DNA of 64,000 nucleotides from Octopus sinensis (GCF_006345805.1 NC_043002.1:79484001-79548000), one strand, 5' to 3'. Positions 26,936-40,553 are shown, counted from the first letter of the stretch. Program-made: numbers and translations. The notes: generated by a model from the sequence alone, not told the origin.

Positions 26936-27959
26936 AATAAATGATAAAATGATAATATTTGGAAGGCACGCAGACTAATGTTTGGGTGGTTATGGGTGCG
27001 ATTCTCGGTTCGAGTAGGATGTTGTATTGATGGGCAAGGTACCTTCACTTTGCTCCGTTTCTTCGTTTCTGGCAAGTATGAGTATTGAAACTGAAAAAGC
27101 TCCTGTACAGTGTCAAATTAGCGTAGCTATGTTATCGTATCAGTTGTAATTGTAGTAGTAGTACAAGCGAAAGCATTCGGCCATTAAGAGGGATACGTCC
27201 AGCACTGGTCTACTATATGTTAACCCTCGTAGATTAAATTGATTTATCCAATTGCCCCAAGGAGTAAAGTAATCGACGTTTCGGATCAATGTACTTCGTC
27301 ACAGAGTGAGGAAGAGAGAGAGAGAGAGAAAGGGAGGGAGTGAAATATAGAGGGATAGATAAAGATAGAGATAGATAGAGAGAGAGTGAGAAAAAGAGAG
27401 GGAGATAAAGATAGAGTGAGAGGGAGAGATAGCGATAGATAGATAGAGAGAGAGAGAAAAAGAGAGAGAGAGAAAGAGAGAGAGAAAGAGAGAGAAAGAG
27501 AATAAAGTTGTAGCTTTAGCAGGAAGCCGATGAATCTGAACGTACAAACCTAGTTATTCTATCTGTGACCATCACGTCTGATATTTTTCAGATAAGATGC
27601 ATCTTGGCGCAAAGAATCCAATATGGTCCTTTTATGTTTTTAATCAATATCGTGTGTTTCGAGAGAGATCTGCTTGCCATTTTCCTATGTTGAGCAATAG
27701 CGCTATCTCTACTTCGCAATAACGTTCGACCTGTCACTAAAATAGCTTGCAACACTTTACCTCCTGTGAACAAATCTCGCCATCTCTTTTCAGCATCTCA
27801 AACACAAGATTTTATTAATTTTTTTTCCTGTTATTCTCATTAGTATTAAATATCTGGTTGAGTATTGGAGAAAAATGTCTTAAAATATTTTCTTACTTTT
27901 CTTTACGTTCTAGGTTCAAATCCCGACGAAGTCGCCACCGCATCATGCGCCACCAAAAC

Positions 27960-28010
27960 GACATCCACGAAGAAGAAGAAGCAGAAGAAAAAGCAGCAGC
28001 AGCAGCAGAA

Positions 28011-28045
<35 letters not shown>

Positions 28046-28124
28046 AGAAGAAGAAGAAGAAGAAGGAGAAGTTGGAGAGGGGGAAAAGCAGTAGAAGAAA
28101 GAAGAAGGAAGAAGAAAAGGAAGA

Positions 28125-28156
<32 letters not shown>

Positions 28157-28385
28157 AAGAAGAAGAAGAAGAAGAAGAAGAAGAAGAAGAAGAAGAAGAA
28201 CGAGAAGTTGGAGAGGGGGAAAAGCAGTAGAAGAAAGAAGAAGGAAGAAGAAGTAGTAGTAGAAGAAGAAGAAGAAGAAGAAGAAGGAGAAGTTGGAGAG
28301 GGGAAAAAGGAGTAGAAGAAAGAAGGAAGAAAAGGAAGAAGAAAAAGAATGAGGAGGAGAAGAAGAAGAAGAAGAAGAAGAAGCT
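27960..28385. repeat. (AAG)n field with three copies of gaagttggagaggggaaaa(gc/gg)agtagaagaaag
   Basis: Direct reading. Confidence 0.9.
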
Positions 28386-28679
28386 GCATTGTCGTCGTCG
28401 CCGTCGTTGCCTGTATGACCATCAGCGGCCGCGGTAGAAGTAACGGCACTAGCAACAGAACCAGTCCCATCACTAACAACAAAGAGGGTCCCTCTCTAAG
28501 TGGTCGATCGACAATCTAAAAGAAGCAGTCAAATCTCCTCTAGTACATCATCGAAGCAGCCACATCTCGCTCAAAACACACGCGAAGAGGGGAAGCATAT
28601 GGAATGGTACTCTCAATGTATGCTAAGCTTGAAAGAAAACTAAATGGCCACAGCTGGAACACCATTGCTCAGAGATGAC

Positions 28680-28696
28680 GATGGTGATAATAATGT

Positions 28697-28744
<48 letters not shown>

Positions 28745-29225
28745 CGATGATGATCATGGTAAGGATAATGAAGATCGTGTTGAAGATGATGATGATGAGA
28801 AGGAAGAAGAGGCGGTGGAAAAGGAGAACAATGATGACGACGATGAAGATGATGGTGATTGTAAGTAGTGGTGGCTGTGGTGGTGGTCTGATAGTGGTGG
28901 GGGGGGGTTAAAGAAGCCCCCACCACCATTATTGTTGATACTGATGATGATTATGATGATGATGACGATGATTGTGATGATGATGATTATGATGATGATG
29001 ATGGTTATGTTGTTACTGATAATGATGATGATGATGATGATGATTACGATAAAAGGAGGAAGCTGATCGATTTGGATCCAAAATTCACCACCACCACCAC
29101 CACCATCGCCACCGCCACAACCTCCACTACCACCACCATCGCTGCAACCACCACCACCATCACTGCCACCACCGCCACGACGACGACGACGACCATCACA
29201 ACCACCACCAACAACAACAACAAGA
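28680..29225. repeat. GAT/ACC/AAC trinucleotide field
   Basis: Direct reading. Confidence 0.85.
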
Positions 29226-29869
29226 AAAACTAAAGTATAGCTGAGTAGTTAAGAAGTTCTTTTCTGAACATGTGGTTCCGGGTTCTATTCCTTTTTTGCG
29301 ATGCTTTCTTAGCAAGAGTATTTTACTTCGTCATGGAAATTGAAGTTAAGAACTAGGGGTACATTAAGGTACGGAAGGGTGAGGTTTGTGAAGGTGGGAC
29401 AAAACGTTATAAGCACCCCCACCACGTCCAGTTAGCTGAAAAGGGGACACCGTACTTCTTGTGTACTCAGCTTCATTTCCACCGCTGAGTTTAATTATTG
29501 TCTCGGATACAGTAGAAGACCCGAAGTTGTTGCTGGGAGTAACTCATCAGAGCCGTTCAAGAATTTGGACCTGGAGATTTCCATTTCCAGCGTCTTCGAG
29601 GGCCACATCCTAGTGGTGTCGGGCGTCAACGAAGAGCCCTCGACTACAACAAGACGACCAAAGTTTTATTTTCTTCCAAGGTCTGGGGTCTCCCGCCCCT
29701 AAGCCCTAGACCATCACCTAATCACCCTTACCCATCTTGTTGCTTAACAACAACAACAACAACAGTATTATTGCTACTAGCAGCAGCAAAGCTAGCAGCA
29801 ACCGCAGCTGCAAAGCCGAGAGCAGCAATAAAGCCAGCCAGTCAGCCAGCCAGCCAGCTAGTCAGCAGT

Positions 29870-30600
29870 AGTAAAGCCACCAGTAACAGCAGTAGCAGCA
29901 GTAGCATTAAAGCCAGCAGTAGCAGCAGTAGCAGCAGTAGCAATAAAGCCAGCAGCAGCAGCAGTAGCAGCAGTAGCAATAAAGCCACCAGTAACAGCAG
30001 TAGCAGCAGTAGCATTAAAGCCAGCAGTAGCAGCAGTAGCAGCAGTAGCAATAAAGCCAGCAGCAGCAGCAGTAGCAGCAGTAGCAATAAAGCCAGCAGT
30101 AGCAGCAGTAGCAGCAGTAGCATTAAAGCCAGCAGCAGCAGCAGTAGCAGCAGTAGCAATAAAGCCAGCAGTAGCAGCAGTAGCAGCAGTAGCATTAAAG
30201 CCAGCAGCAGCAGCAGTAGCAGCAGTAGCAATAAAGCCAGCAGTAGCAGCAGTAGCAGCAGTAGCATTAAAGCCAGCAGCAGCAGCAGTAGCAGCAGTAG
30301 CAATAAAGCCAGCAGTAGCAGCAGTAGCAGCAGTAGCAATAAAGCCAGCAGTAGCAGCAGTAGCAGCAGTAGCATTAAAGCCAGCAGCAGCAGCAGTAGC
30401 AGCAGTAGCATTAAAGCCAGCAGCAGCAGCAGTAGCAGCAGTAGCAATAAAGCCAGCAGTAGCAGCAGTAGCAGCAGTAGCAATAAAGCCAGCAGTAGCA
30501 GCAGTAGCAGCAGTAGCATTAAGCCAGCAGCAGCAGCAGTAGCAGCAGTAGCAATAAAGCCAGCAGTAGCAGCAGTAGCAGCAGTAGCATAAAGCCAGCA
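29870..30600. repeat. 36-bp minisatellite, about 20 copies (agca(a/t)taaagccagcag(t/c)agcagcagtagcagcagt)
   Basis: 12-aa periodicity in ORFs 29771..30592 and 29858..30646. Confidence 0.92.
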
Positions 30601-30847
30601 GCAGCAAAGCCTGCAGCAGTAGTAAAGCCACCAGTAGCAGCAGCAACGCAGCAGCAGTAGCAGCAAGTCAGCAGCAACGCAGCAGTAGCTGTAAAGCTAT
30701 CAGGGGTAGCAGCAGCAGTAAAGACAGCCAACAGCAGCAGCAGCAGCAGCAAAGCCGGCTGCAGCAGCAAAGCCAGCAGCAGTAGTAAAGCCACCAGTAG
30801 CAGCAGCAGAAGCAGCAAAGTCAGCAGTGGCAGCAGTAGCATTACAG

Positions 30848-30879
<32 letters not shown>

Positions 30880-31039
30880 GGTAGCAGCTGTAAAGCTAGC
30901 AGGGGCAGGAGCAGCAATAGAGCCAGCAGCAGCAGTAAATACAGGCAGCAGCAGCAGCAGCAGCAAAGCCGACTCCTGTAGCAAAGTCAGCACCAGTAGT
31001 AAAGCCACCAGTAGTAGCAGCATCATAGCCAGCGGCAGC

Positions 31040-31165
31040 AGCAGCATCAAACCCAGCAGCAGCATCAAACCCAGCAGCAGCATCAAACCCAGCAGCAGCA
31101 TCAAACCCAGCAGCAGCATCAAACCCAGCAGCAGCATCAAATCCAGCAGCAGCATCAAATCCAGC
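31040..31165. repeat. 18-bp minisatellite (agcagcagcatcaaa(c/t)cc), about 7 copies
   Basis: SSSIKP periodicity; direct reading. Confidence 0.9.
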
Positions 31166-31569
31166 AGCAGCAGTAGTAGGTAAGCCATCATTAGCAGCAG
31201 AAGCAGTAAATCCACGAGTAACAGCAGCAGTAGAGCTCTCAAGAGGTCACAAACATCAGCAGCAATGAGATCAGCATCATCATCCCAGCTCCATCAGCAT
31301 CAGCAGATACCGCAGCAATTTCAGCAGCAAACACGACCAGTAACTGCTATAAAAGTAGCAAGAGCAACAGCAGCAGTAGCAGCAGAAGTGGCAGCAGTAG
31401 CAGTAGCAGTAGTAATAGTAGTAGCAGCTGAGGTAGGAGTCAGAGTCAATATCAGCAGTGTCTACAACATAAACTGCAGCAGCTGCGACAACAACAACAG
31501 CAGCAGCAATAACAACAGCGACAACAGCAGTAATGGTACAATCATCATCATCATTGTCATCATCATCGT

Positions 31570-31600
<31 letters not shown>

Positions 31601-31659
31601 AACAACAAAAGCAGCAAAAATATCTACAACAACAGAAACAATAACAAGAACAGCAGCAG

Positions 31660-31940
31660 CCGCAGCAGCAGCAGACACAACTATAAAAATAACAGCAGCA
31701 GCAGCCGCAGTAGTAGCAGTAGACGCAACTATAAAAATAACAGCAGCAGCAGCCGCAGTAGTAGCAGTAGACGCAACTATAAAAATAACAGCAGCAGCAG
31801 CCGCAGTAGTAGCAGCAGACACAACTATAAAAATAACAGCAGCAGCAGCCGCAGTAGTAGCAGTAGACGCAACTATAAAAATAACAGCAGCAGCAGCCGC
31901 AGTAGTAGCAGTAGACGCAACTATAAAAACAACAGCAGCA
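31660..31940. repeat. 48-bp minisatellite, about 6 copies
   Basis: RRNYKNNSSSSRSSSS periodicity. Confidence 0.9.
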
Positions 31941-32261
31941 GCGATGGACTTTCCCGCGAAAAATTAATGAAAGACAGTCTATCATGGAGTAACAGTGTTG
32001 ATGAGTGAGTATATATGACGGTTTATGGTTTCTGATTGGGTGAAAGAAACCACGTGCCGGTAAATAATACCCTGGAACTTGCATGCGGTCTTCGAACAGC
32101 TGAAAGTAGCACCAGACCACACTCACGTGGAGCTGGCTGGTTCGTTTTCTTCGTTGTGTAGTTTGGAGTTTAATAAGAGATTCCTGGTGCATTTTAAGCG
32201 TAAAGTCTGCATTGTGTGTGTGTTTGTGTGTGTTTGTGTGTGCATGTATGTAGATATAGAT

Positions 32262-32618
32262 ATATTCTTTTGTCCGTTTATTCTTATATTTACCTCGGTT
32301 ATTTTGACTACAGCCATGCTGGAGCACCGCCTTGAACGATTTGCGGAGACGTAAACACACTGACATCGGTTGTCAAGTGGTGGTGGTGGTGGGGGAACAA
32401 CTAGAGATACAAATGCACACACACATGTATATATATAAATATATATATAAACGACGGTATTCTTTTAGTTTCCGTCTACCAATTCCAAATCCACTCACAA
32501 GGTTCTGGTCGGCCCGAGGCTATAGTTGAAGACACTTGTCCAAGGTGCCACATTGTAGGACTGAACCCGGAACCATGTGGTTAGGAAGAAAGCTTCTTAC
32601 CGCACAGCCACACCTGTG
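32262..32618 (-). mobile_element. SINE family A with internal deletion
   Basis: cagccatgctggagcaccgcctt..tttccgtctacc..ggactgaacccggaaccatgtgg..cttaccgcacagccac. Confidence 0.85.
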
Positions 32619-33199
32619 TATGTATGTATGTATGTATGTATGTATGTATGTATGTATGTATGTATGTATGTATGTATGTATGCATGTATGTATGTATGTA
32701 TGCATGTATGTATGTATGTATGTATGTATGTATATGTGTGTGTGCGTGTGTGTGTGTGTGTGTTGTGCATCTTTCTGTTTGTGTCAAAGCTTCAGTGCTA
32801 ATTTTGGTTTCGTTGCACCTTTATGAATTATTGACTTTCAAAAAATATGACAAGAATACAAAAAAAACCCCAAAAAAAACAGAAGTGTTGTGATTGGTTT
32901 GATCGACTAGGTAGTGCCCCAGCATGGCCACAGTCCAGTGAATACCCCCCCCCCCCAACACACACAAATACAAAAAAAAGAGATTTTTTTCATTTAATAT
33001 CATGTGAGAATTAGGTGGTTGCATTTGTCTGTGAAATATAAACTGGAGGCTTCATGACTTTTTCGAATATCTTGTTAAGGTTCTCTAACAGAAGAATACG
33101 TTTGAAAACCGCTGGTCTAGGAAATGAACTCTTCAGGATTTCACTAGATAAGTGTCAAGAATTTTCTTTCGGGGATGGAAATCGTTCTGGGAAATTTTT

Positions 33200-33860
33200 G
33201 AAACGCTTGTTATCTTCTATACATAAATCTCTTGAGAACTTTGGGAAAAATGTGATTTAAGTGATACGAGTCTACTGTTGCTTATCAGCACTCTTTTGCC
33301 ACCTTCATGAATCATTTGTTTTATCGCTCCTTCAAGCATTATACGATTGTGTCCTCATGGGAATTCGTCTATTTTATGGGGATAGTGCGGTTGTGTTTTA
33401 TTGTATTTTTAAACGCTTACGCGAAGGATAATATTTGACAGATTTCAGTAAATCTGGCTACAAAAATTCTATTTATTTTTTCTCTCTCTATCTTCAGGCG
33501 AAGTTCTTTGAAATTATCACTCTAATATATTTCTCGCTGTTTAGCATCAGTTATCTCGAAGTCAGCTTTGTGGAAGTTAATTTCTGAGAATGTAAACTCG
33601 CATTTTTGCGATTTCGGATTTCGAACGTTTTCCTGTATTAAACATAGGGAGCTATATAAATATTATGGTCTGCGAAAGAAGATATGGTCATGATCTGACA
33701 CATCTGTATTGTCCGTAGATGTAAGGTATATCGTTATATTTGTGTATAGTTGATACATAAAGTTGTTATATAAAAAGGTTTTAGGTAGTCTTAATTCATG
33801 CCAACATTTCCGTTTGATTTTTAAATAAAGCTCTCGAAATGATATATCATGCAACCTACT
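33200..33860 (-). mobile_element. CR1/L2-type LINE ORF2 endonuclease and linker remnant
   Basis: ..TDVSDHDHIFF (APE-type SDH motif), followed downstream by FSEINFHKADF; heavily decayed. Confidence 0.45.
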
Positions 33861-33984
33861 GTACTCTCAGAAAGTTCATGTCCCTAATGAGGAAGATTTT
33901 AATATATATTCCTGCATCTCAGAGAAACTTCTTTATATTTGTCAAAAGATTCTTAAACCCAAGTGCCATAAGGGACAACGTCTA

Positions 33985-34294
<310 letters not shown>

Positions 34295-34818
34295 AACGGC
34301 AGGACAACCAAAGAATGAAAGAGATCTCGATATTATGTAAATAAAGGAATTTCTCTGTAAATATATGTGACAATTATTCGGTAGCTACGCCGGCATCTCT
34401 TCGGTTATTGGGTCATCAAAAAACCAAAAAATGCTATGAAAATGACGAGGTATCGTGGTATACATTCATCAATGTACCCTTCTCTTCTTAAAGGCGATAG
34501 GATGCAATTTAAAGGAAATTTTGCTGCTAGTGCTAGCAAGTACATCAACCATGTAAAATATTTCCTCGTGGCTCTTTCCGTAGCTAAGTCGATGTTACAG
34601 TATTTCTAAAAGGACTTTGTTTGAGTTTTGTGAAATGACTGTGTGTCTGGTTTGTCCGTATGCTAATGTAGAGGAGAATAATCAAGCCTTGGATTATATT
34701 TAATTTATTTATCTACTATAAAAATGTTAACTGGTGCCTTTCTTCTGAATGTATATGTCAGCGTTTCGTTTTACACCATTTAACCTTTCTTTAGAAGTAG
34801 CCAAGTAAATAAAGGTCG

Positions 34819-35045
34819 GGGCGCGTGACTTAGTGGTTAGGGTGTCAGCATCATGATCGTAAGATTGCGGTTTCGATTCCTGGAACGGGTGACGCGTTGT
34901 GTTCTTGAGCAAAACACTTCATTTCACGTTGCTCCAGTTCACTCAGCTGCGATGGACTGGCGTCCCGTCCAGCTGGGGGAACACATACGTCATAGAAATC
35001 GGGAAACCGGGCCCATGAGCCTTGCTAGGCTTTAAAAGGGCGCAT
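34819..35045 (+). mobile_element. SINE family B (body variant 3)
   Basis: Head ggcgcgtgacttagtggttaggg..ggtttcgattcc; shared cactcagctg; then gcgatggactggcgtcccgtccag body. Confidence 0.8.
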
Positions 35046-36350
35046 TATTAAGTAAATAAACATTATTCGTTGAGACAAATATTGGCAGTGAGTACCTGCA
35101 GTGGGTAAAGTTTCCTTGTTATTTATGTGGTGGCAACAGGCTTGTGAGGTTTTTATTGTCGCTGATATAATTCTAGGCTTCTTGTCAGAGAGTTTCGTTT
35201 ATTAATTTCTCTTCCGTCTTCGGAATTATTTTTGTTTTCGTGTCTGATGGCGTATTCTATACAATACGACTACGACAGAGTGTTTAGAAAAAAATCAGTC
35301 ACTTAACTGTGTAGCTGGATCAGTTGTTGTGAGATTACATGTCAACGTCTACTGAATCAAAGGCAAATTACGGTAGACATAGATTATTTTGATCGTCACT
35401 TGAAGACATGCTGAGAAAATGTTTATGACTGTTCCAGTGCAGGTTTTGACCAGATAATAAACTCGTTATATTTCAATAAGTTTCCCTTTCGTTTATTTAC
35501 TTTCACGGTCTCTATTGCAGCTTAGAAGTTAAAGTGAGACGAAGATATTATATGATGAACCGTCTGACATAATTTTTTTAGTAAAGTCAATGTTTTAGCC
35601 GTCTGTAGTCTGTCTATATTTTTATTTTTTTTTATTTTGGCAGACACATTGAACATTTCCACGCGTACGAGTTAGCCATATTGTGCCAGTTAACAAATAA
35701 ATATGGTACCTTAGTGTCCTTGTTCAGTAATGAATGTACTACCACTGGGTCTTATGTGTATTTAATGAAGTTATGCTTGTGTTGTTTCTCTGTTAGGTAA
35801 TAAGCATTTATTAGTTTTTTAAAAAAATGTTATTAAATTTGTGGCAACATCAAAGAGACAATTTGTGCATTCGTTATGCAAATATCAGAGGAAAATTGTA
35901 TGTGTTTCTGTGCATCAAATATTGAATATTTAGAGTTCAAAATATTATGTACTTACAGGAAAAAAGTCTCTAACTAACGGATTAACTTCCTTCAGTTGTT
36001 CACTATAAAAATAAATATCACTTACTCACACACGCACACACACACACACACACACAAACACACACACCCACACACATACGCACACGCGCGCGCACACACA
36101 CACAGACACAGACACACACACGCACACGCGCGCGCACACACACAGACACAGACACACACACTAACGAAACCAAACTCACACAAAGAGATAACCACCCACA
36201 CAACGCATACAGAGACATACAATATTTTGAGGATAAACATAATTTTATGCTCTCACCTAAACGTTTCGTGTGCTCGACTTTACAGTAAACTATACTTGAA
36301 ACCGAGTCAATAACAACAACAACAACAATAATAATAATAATAGTAATGAC

Positions 36351-36394
<44 letters not shown>

Positions 36395-36653
36395 GGAAAA
36401 CCCAAAATGGCAGAAATTCAAATGATAGTGCTCTTGGGAACTGCCCATATCCTACATAAATTACTGTCTATGTAATCTCAAATTTTAAAACAAACTTATA
36501 ATTTTCTTATGTTTTCTTAAACATTCTCTAGAACAATACTATGTGAAAAATCAAATATATGACACCCTAGGCATAACACCAGCTTGAACTTCTGCCTTGT
36601 CTCTTGAGATCTCTTTGGAGTCAACTTATGCAAATACAGAGCAAAAGTCAAAC

Positions 36654-36655
<2 letters not shown>
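36395..36655 (+). mobile_element. Extremely 5'-truncated RLE LINE (Dong-like) inside (TAA)n
   Basis: GKPKMAEIQMIVLLGTAHILHKLLSM* (36395-36475) resembles the LLGTA.ILRK C-terminus of RLE ORFs; both ends abut (AAT)n. Confidence 0.7.
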
Positions 36656-36710
<55 letters not shown>

Positions 36711-36719
36711 TAATAATTC

Positions 36720-36912
36720 GAATTTCGGCACAAAGACTGCAATTCTAGAGTGGGGTTAGTCATTTACATCGACCCCATTACTCAACTGGTACTTATTTTA
36801 TCAATCCCTGAGAGGATGAAAGGCAAAATCAATCTAGGTGGAACTTGAATTCAAAATGTTAAGTGCAATAGCAATCAGTATTTTTTTCCCCGACCAGCTA
36901 AAGATTTTACCA
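36720..36912 (-). mobile_element. SINE family C, diverged
   Basis: catcgacccc..actggtacttattt..aggatgaaaggcaaa..gaacttgaattc. Confidence 0.65.
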
Positions 36913-37475
36913 GACTTTTACTTCCAGGTTTTGCCTTGTATTTCATAAGCATGAAATTTAGTTCATGGCGACAATTTGAGCTGAACGCTGATTTTGTGTA
37001 TAAGATTAGAAAGAAGGTGTTTGAGCGCATAATAATGCTTAATCAAATATCTGTCACACACACACTTCAAGAGCAGACATTTCAAGCGACTGAGTAATCA
37101 TCGTTGAAATATGCATATCTATGCACATATGTATATATGTATATACATATATATATGTACATATACATACAAACATATATATATATATACTTATACATAT
37201 ATATTATATATACTACACATAATAGTTTATATATGTGGTGTGTCGATGGTGTAGCTGTATAAAGGTGTATGTGTGTGTATATGTACGCAAGTAAGTGTGA
37301 GAAAGAGACAAGAAAGGGACAGATTATATGTAAGAGTATGAAAAAAAAAACATTTGAAATAAAAATTAAAGTGGAAAAGGGGTGAGCAGGATGAGAAATG
37401 GTAAGGGTCAGAGAAAGAGAGGTAGATAAACAGAGAGGTAGAGTGAAAGCGAGAGGGAGAGAGAGAGAGAGAGAC

Positions 37476-37520
<45 letters not shown>

Positions 37521-37825
37521 TAGACAGACAGACAGAGATGGTGTGTATTAAGAAACCAAAACGAGAAACAAATGTTGAACATTAACAATAAAGTTGTGAA
37601 TACAAATAACAAAAAAAAAGAGACGAGGATCGATTCTGGAACTAGAAATAAGAAAAATAACGATAAAGAAAACAGCAGTTTGACATATCAGATGAGTGGA
37701 TGTATAATGTTATTTGACCCAGTTGTTAGACATTTAAAACTGATGTTCGCTGAGTAAATATGTATAGAAGTGAATATATGTGGACATGTATGCATGTATA
37801 TGTATGTATATTCGCGTGTATATAT

Positions 37826-37863
<38 letters not shown>

Positions 37864-37977
37864 CATGCATATATATGTATGTATATATATATGTATATAA
37901 GTGTGTGCGCGCGTATATATATGATATATATAAATATATATCTAAGTTTACGTATATATATTGACATATCTAACTAT

Positions 37978-38047
<70 letters not shown>

Positions 38048-38128
38048 CATTCACTTCGATATGAATGTCGGTTAATGTATATGTATATACCTCACAGAAA
38101 TTGATACATATTTGTGAATATATGTATG

Positions 38129-38162
<34 letters not shown>

Positions 38163-38243
38163 AATATATATACATATATATATGTATATATATATACATA
38201 TATATCTATATATCTATATGTATATTTGTATATGCATATATAC

Positions 38244-38295
<52 letters not shown>

Positions 38296-38398
38296 ATACA
38301 CACACACACACACACACGTTAGCATCTATGTGTAAATTTCTAAAAATACATATTTACAAAATATAATCACAAGATACCATACTCTCACACATACGCAA

Positions 38399-38429
<31 letters not shown>

Positions 38430-38788
38430 TGCAGATACACATAGGTATGTGCATACACATTTATCATAAATTGGTCCATTTCTATGATATTTTGAAAGGA
38501 TCTGAACAGTGCTGTTGGAGGAATGACTGATGGGAGCAGGGAGGTTGTTGCGGTGATTGGGGCGTGAAGAAATAGGCGATTCTATATTCATTCTAAACAA
38601 CACCACAGGGGAGTTGTAGTGAGAGAGAGTGAATTTTTTGCAGCTCAATGCTATAAAGCATTGTGTTGCTTACTAATAGCTAGTGCATTTATATGCATAT
38701 ATATATATATATATACATATCTATAATGTATGCGTGTGTGTGTGTATGTATATGTATGTATACGTCTACAAAAAATAACTATAAAAAT

Positions 38789-38869
<81 letters not shown>

Positions 38870-39531
38870 ATATACATACATATTTTTGTATGTGTTTTGC
38901 GTTTGTGTATGCGAAGAAATATGTGAAGGCATATAGAATGTATGTATGTATGCATGTATGTATGTATAGATAGGTAGTGGGTGAGTGACAGACAAAGAGA
39001 GAGAGAGAGAGAGAGGGGAACAGATAGATAGAGAGAGAGAGGAGGAACAGAGAGAGAGAGAAACATGTATACGCACATATATAAGTATGTATAGGTAAGA
39101 ATGAGTGCGTATCAATATGGCCGTGTGTACATATGTCTTAGTATATATGTTCTACGTAAAAAATAGCAAACATGTGCACACACACACACATATGCACACA
39201 TACACACATATATGCACACACTCAGGCACTCACACACACACACATACACACATGCGCGCATAGTATTACACATGCGTACACCGCATATATGATTTTAACA
39301 CATAGGTAAAGCTGCTGAGTAATACGTTATTCTTCTCATCAGCAAATATAATTTATCAATGTGGATATCATTTTCATCAACAGCAGCAGCAAAAACCACC
39401 ACGAGAACAATGTCAATGACGATATCTGTAACAGCAATGGTACCAAAAGTTTTGTGACAAGATGGTTTGTCAATAGAATTGGTAAACGCTTCAGGAGAGA
39501 ACGTGTGTTGAGAAACACGTTGATTTAGCAT

Positions 39532-39877
39532 TCATTTTTGGCTTTTGTTTGTTTCTGTCATTGGACTACAGCCATACCTTGAAGTGTTTTGATGAACAGA
39601 TCGGTACCAAGGCCTGTTATTTTTTAAAGCCAGACACACACACATACACGCACACATACGTACACACAGACACAGATATACAGACAGACACCCCACCAAC
39701 ACACACCCACACACAACAAGCTTTTTACAGTTTCCTTCAGCAAAGGCACTCACATGACATTGGTCGGCCCGGGGCTATAAAAATAAGACACTTTCCAAAG
39801 ATACCATGCAGTGGGACAGACCCCAGAACATTGTCATTGGGAAGTAAACTTCTGAGTACACAGCCACGCCTACGCCT
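39532..39877 (-). mobile_element. Diverged SINE family A
   Basis: ctgtcattggactacagcc..tggtcggcccggggctata..cacagccacgcctacgcct. Confidence 0.7.
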
Positions 39878-39925
39878 GTGTACATACATAATACATACAT
39901 ACATACATATTAATACATACATACA

Positions 39926-39959
<34 letters not shown>

Positions 39960-40190
39960 CACCCCCCACACATATACACATTATTTAAAAATAATCTGAT
40001 TATTAAAAAATAGCGTGCTTTCCAGAGCTCTTCAACCGATATCGGCTATCAAATGCTATCATACAGTGTAACATATGTTGTCACTGGATATACTTGTGGA
40101 AATCCTCAAATATCCTTAGATTACATACAAAATATTAATGAGAAAAGATGGGTTTGAACAGGTTTCTATTTTACATGCCTCTGCAATTGT

Positions 40191-40283
40191 TTTAATACTT
40201 TAATAATTGTTTTATCATTTGTTTAATACTTTAATAATTGTTTTATCATTTGTTTAATACTTTAATAATTGTTTTATCATTTG
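40191..40283. repeat. 31-bp tandem repeat, 3 copies
   Basis: tttaatactttaataattgttttatcatttg three times, no spacers. Confidence 0.9.
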
Positions 40284-40553
40284 TTTACTGCTGAATGTTA
40301 CATATCTTATGAAAAACATTTTTAAACTACTCACCCGAAGAGATGAATCTGCTACTATTGCTGAGTTATATTAATTAATGCAATGTTGTTTATACTATAT
40401 GTAACATTTATCAATGTGTCGCTGGTAATAAACGATGTGTTAAAACAATTTTAGAGAATATAACAAAATGATGTTCAATCCATCTTCTTATATCAATATA
40501 TTTGTATAGACATACATATACACAAATGCATACAAATATACATATGTAATATC

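Noticed and set aside
29545-29560. CUGAUGA on the minus strand
   Set aside because: No stem II closing onto GAAA, so not a hammerhead
38480-38630. Cadherin-like peptide LGREEIGDSIFILNNTTGEL
   Set aside because: Flanked by in-frame stops, no splice signals, and no DRE or DxNDN motifs
40191-40283. 31-bp direct repeats resembling a CRISPR repeat length
   Set aside because: Head-to-tail with no spacers, eukaryotic context and no cas genes
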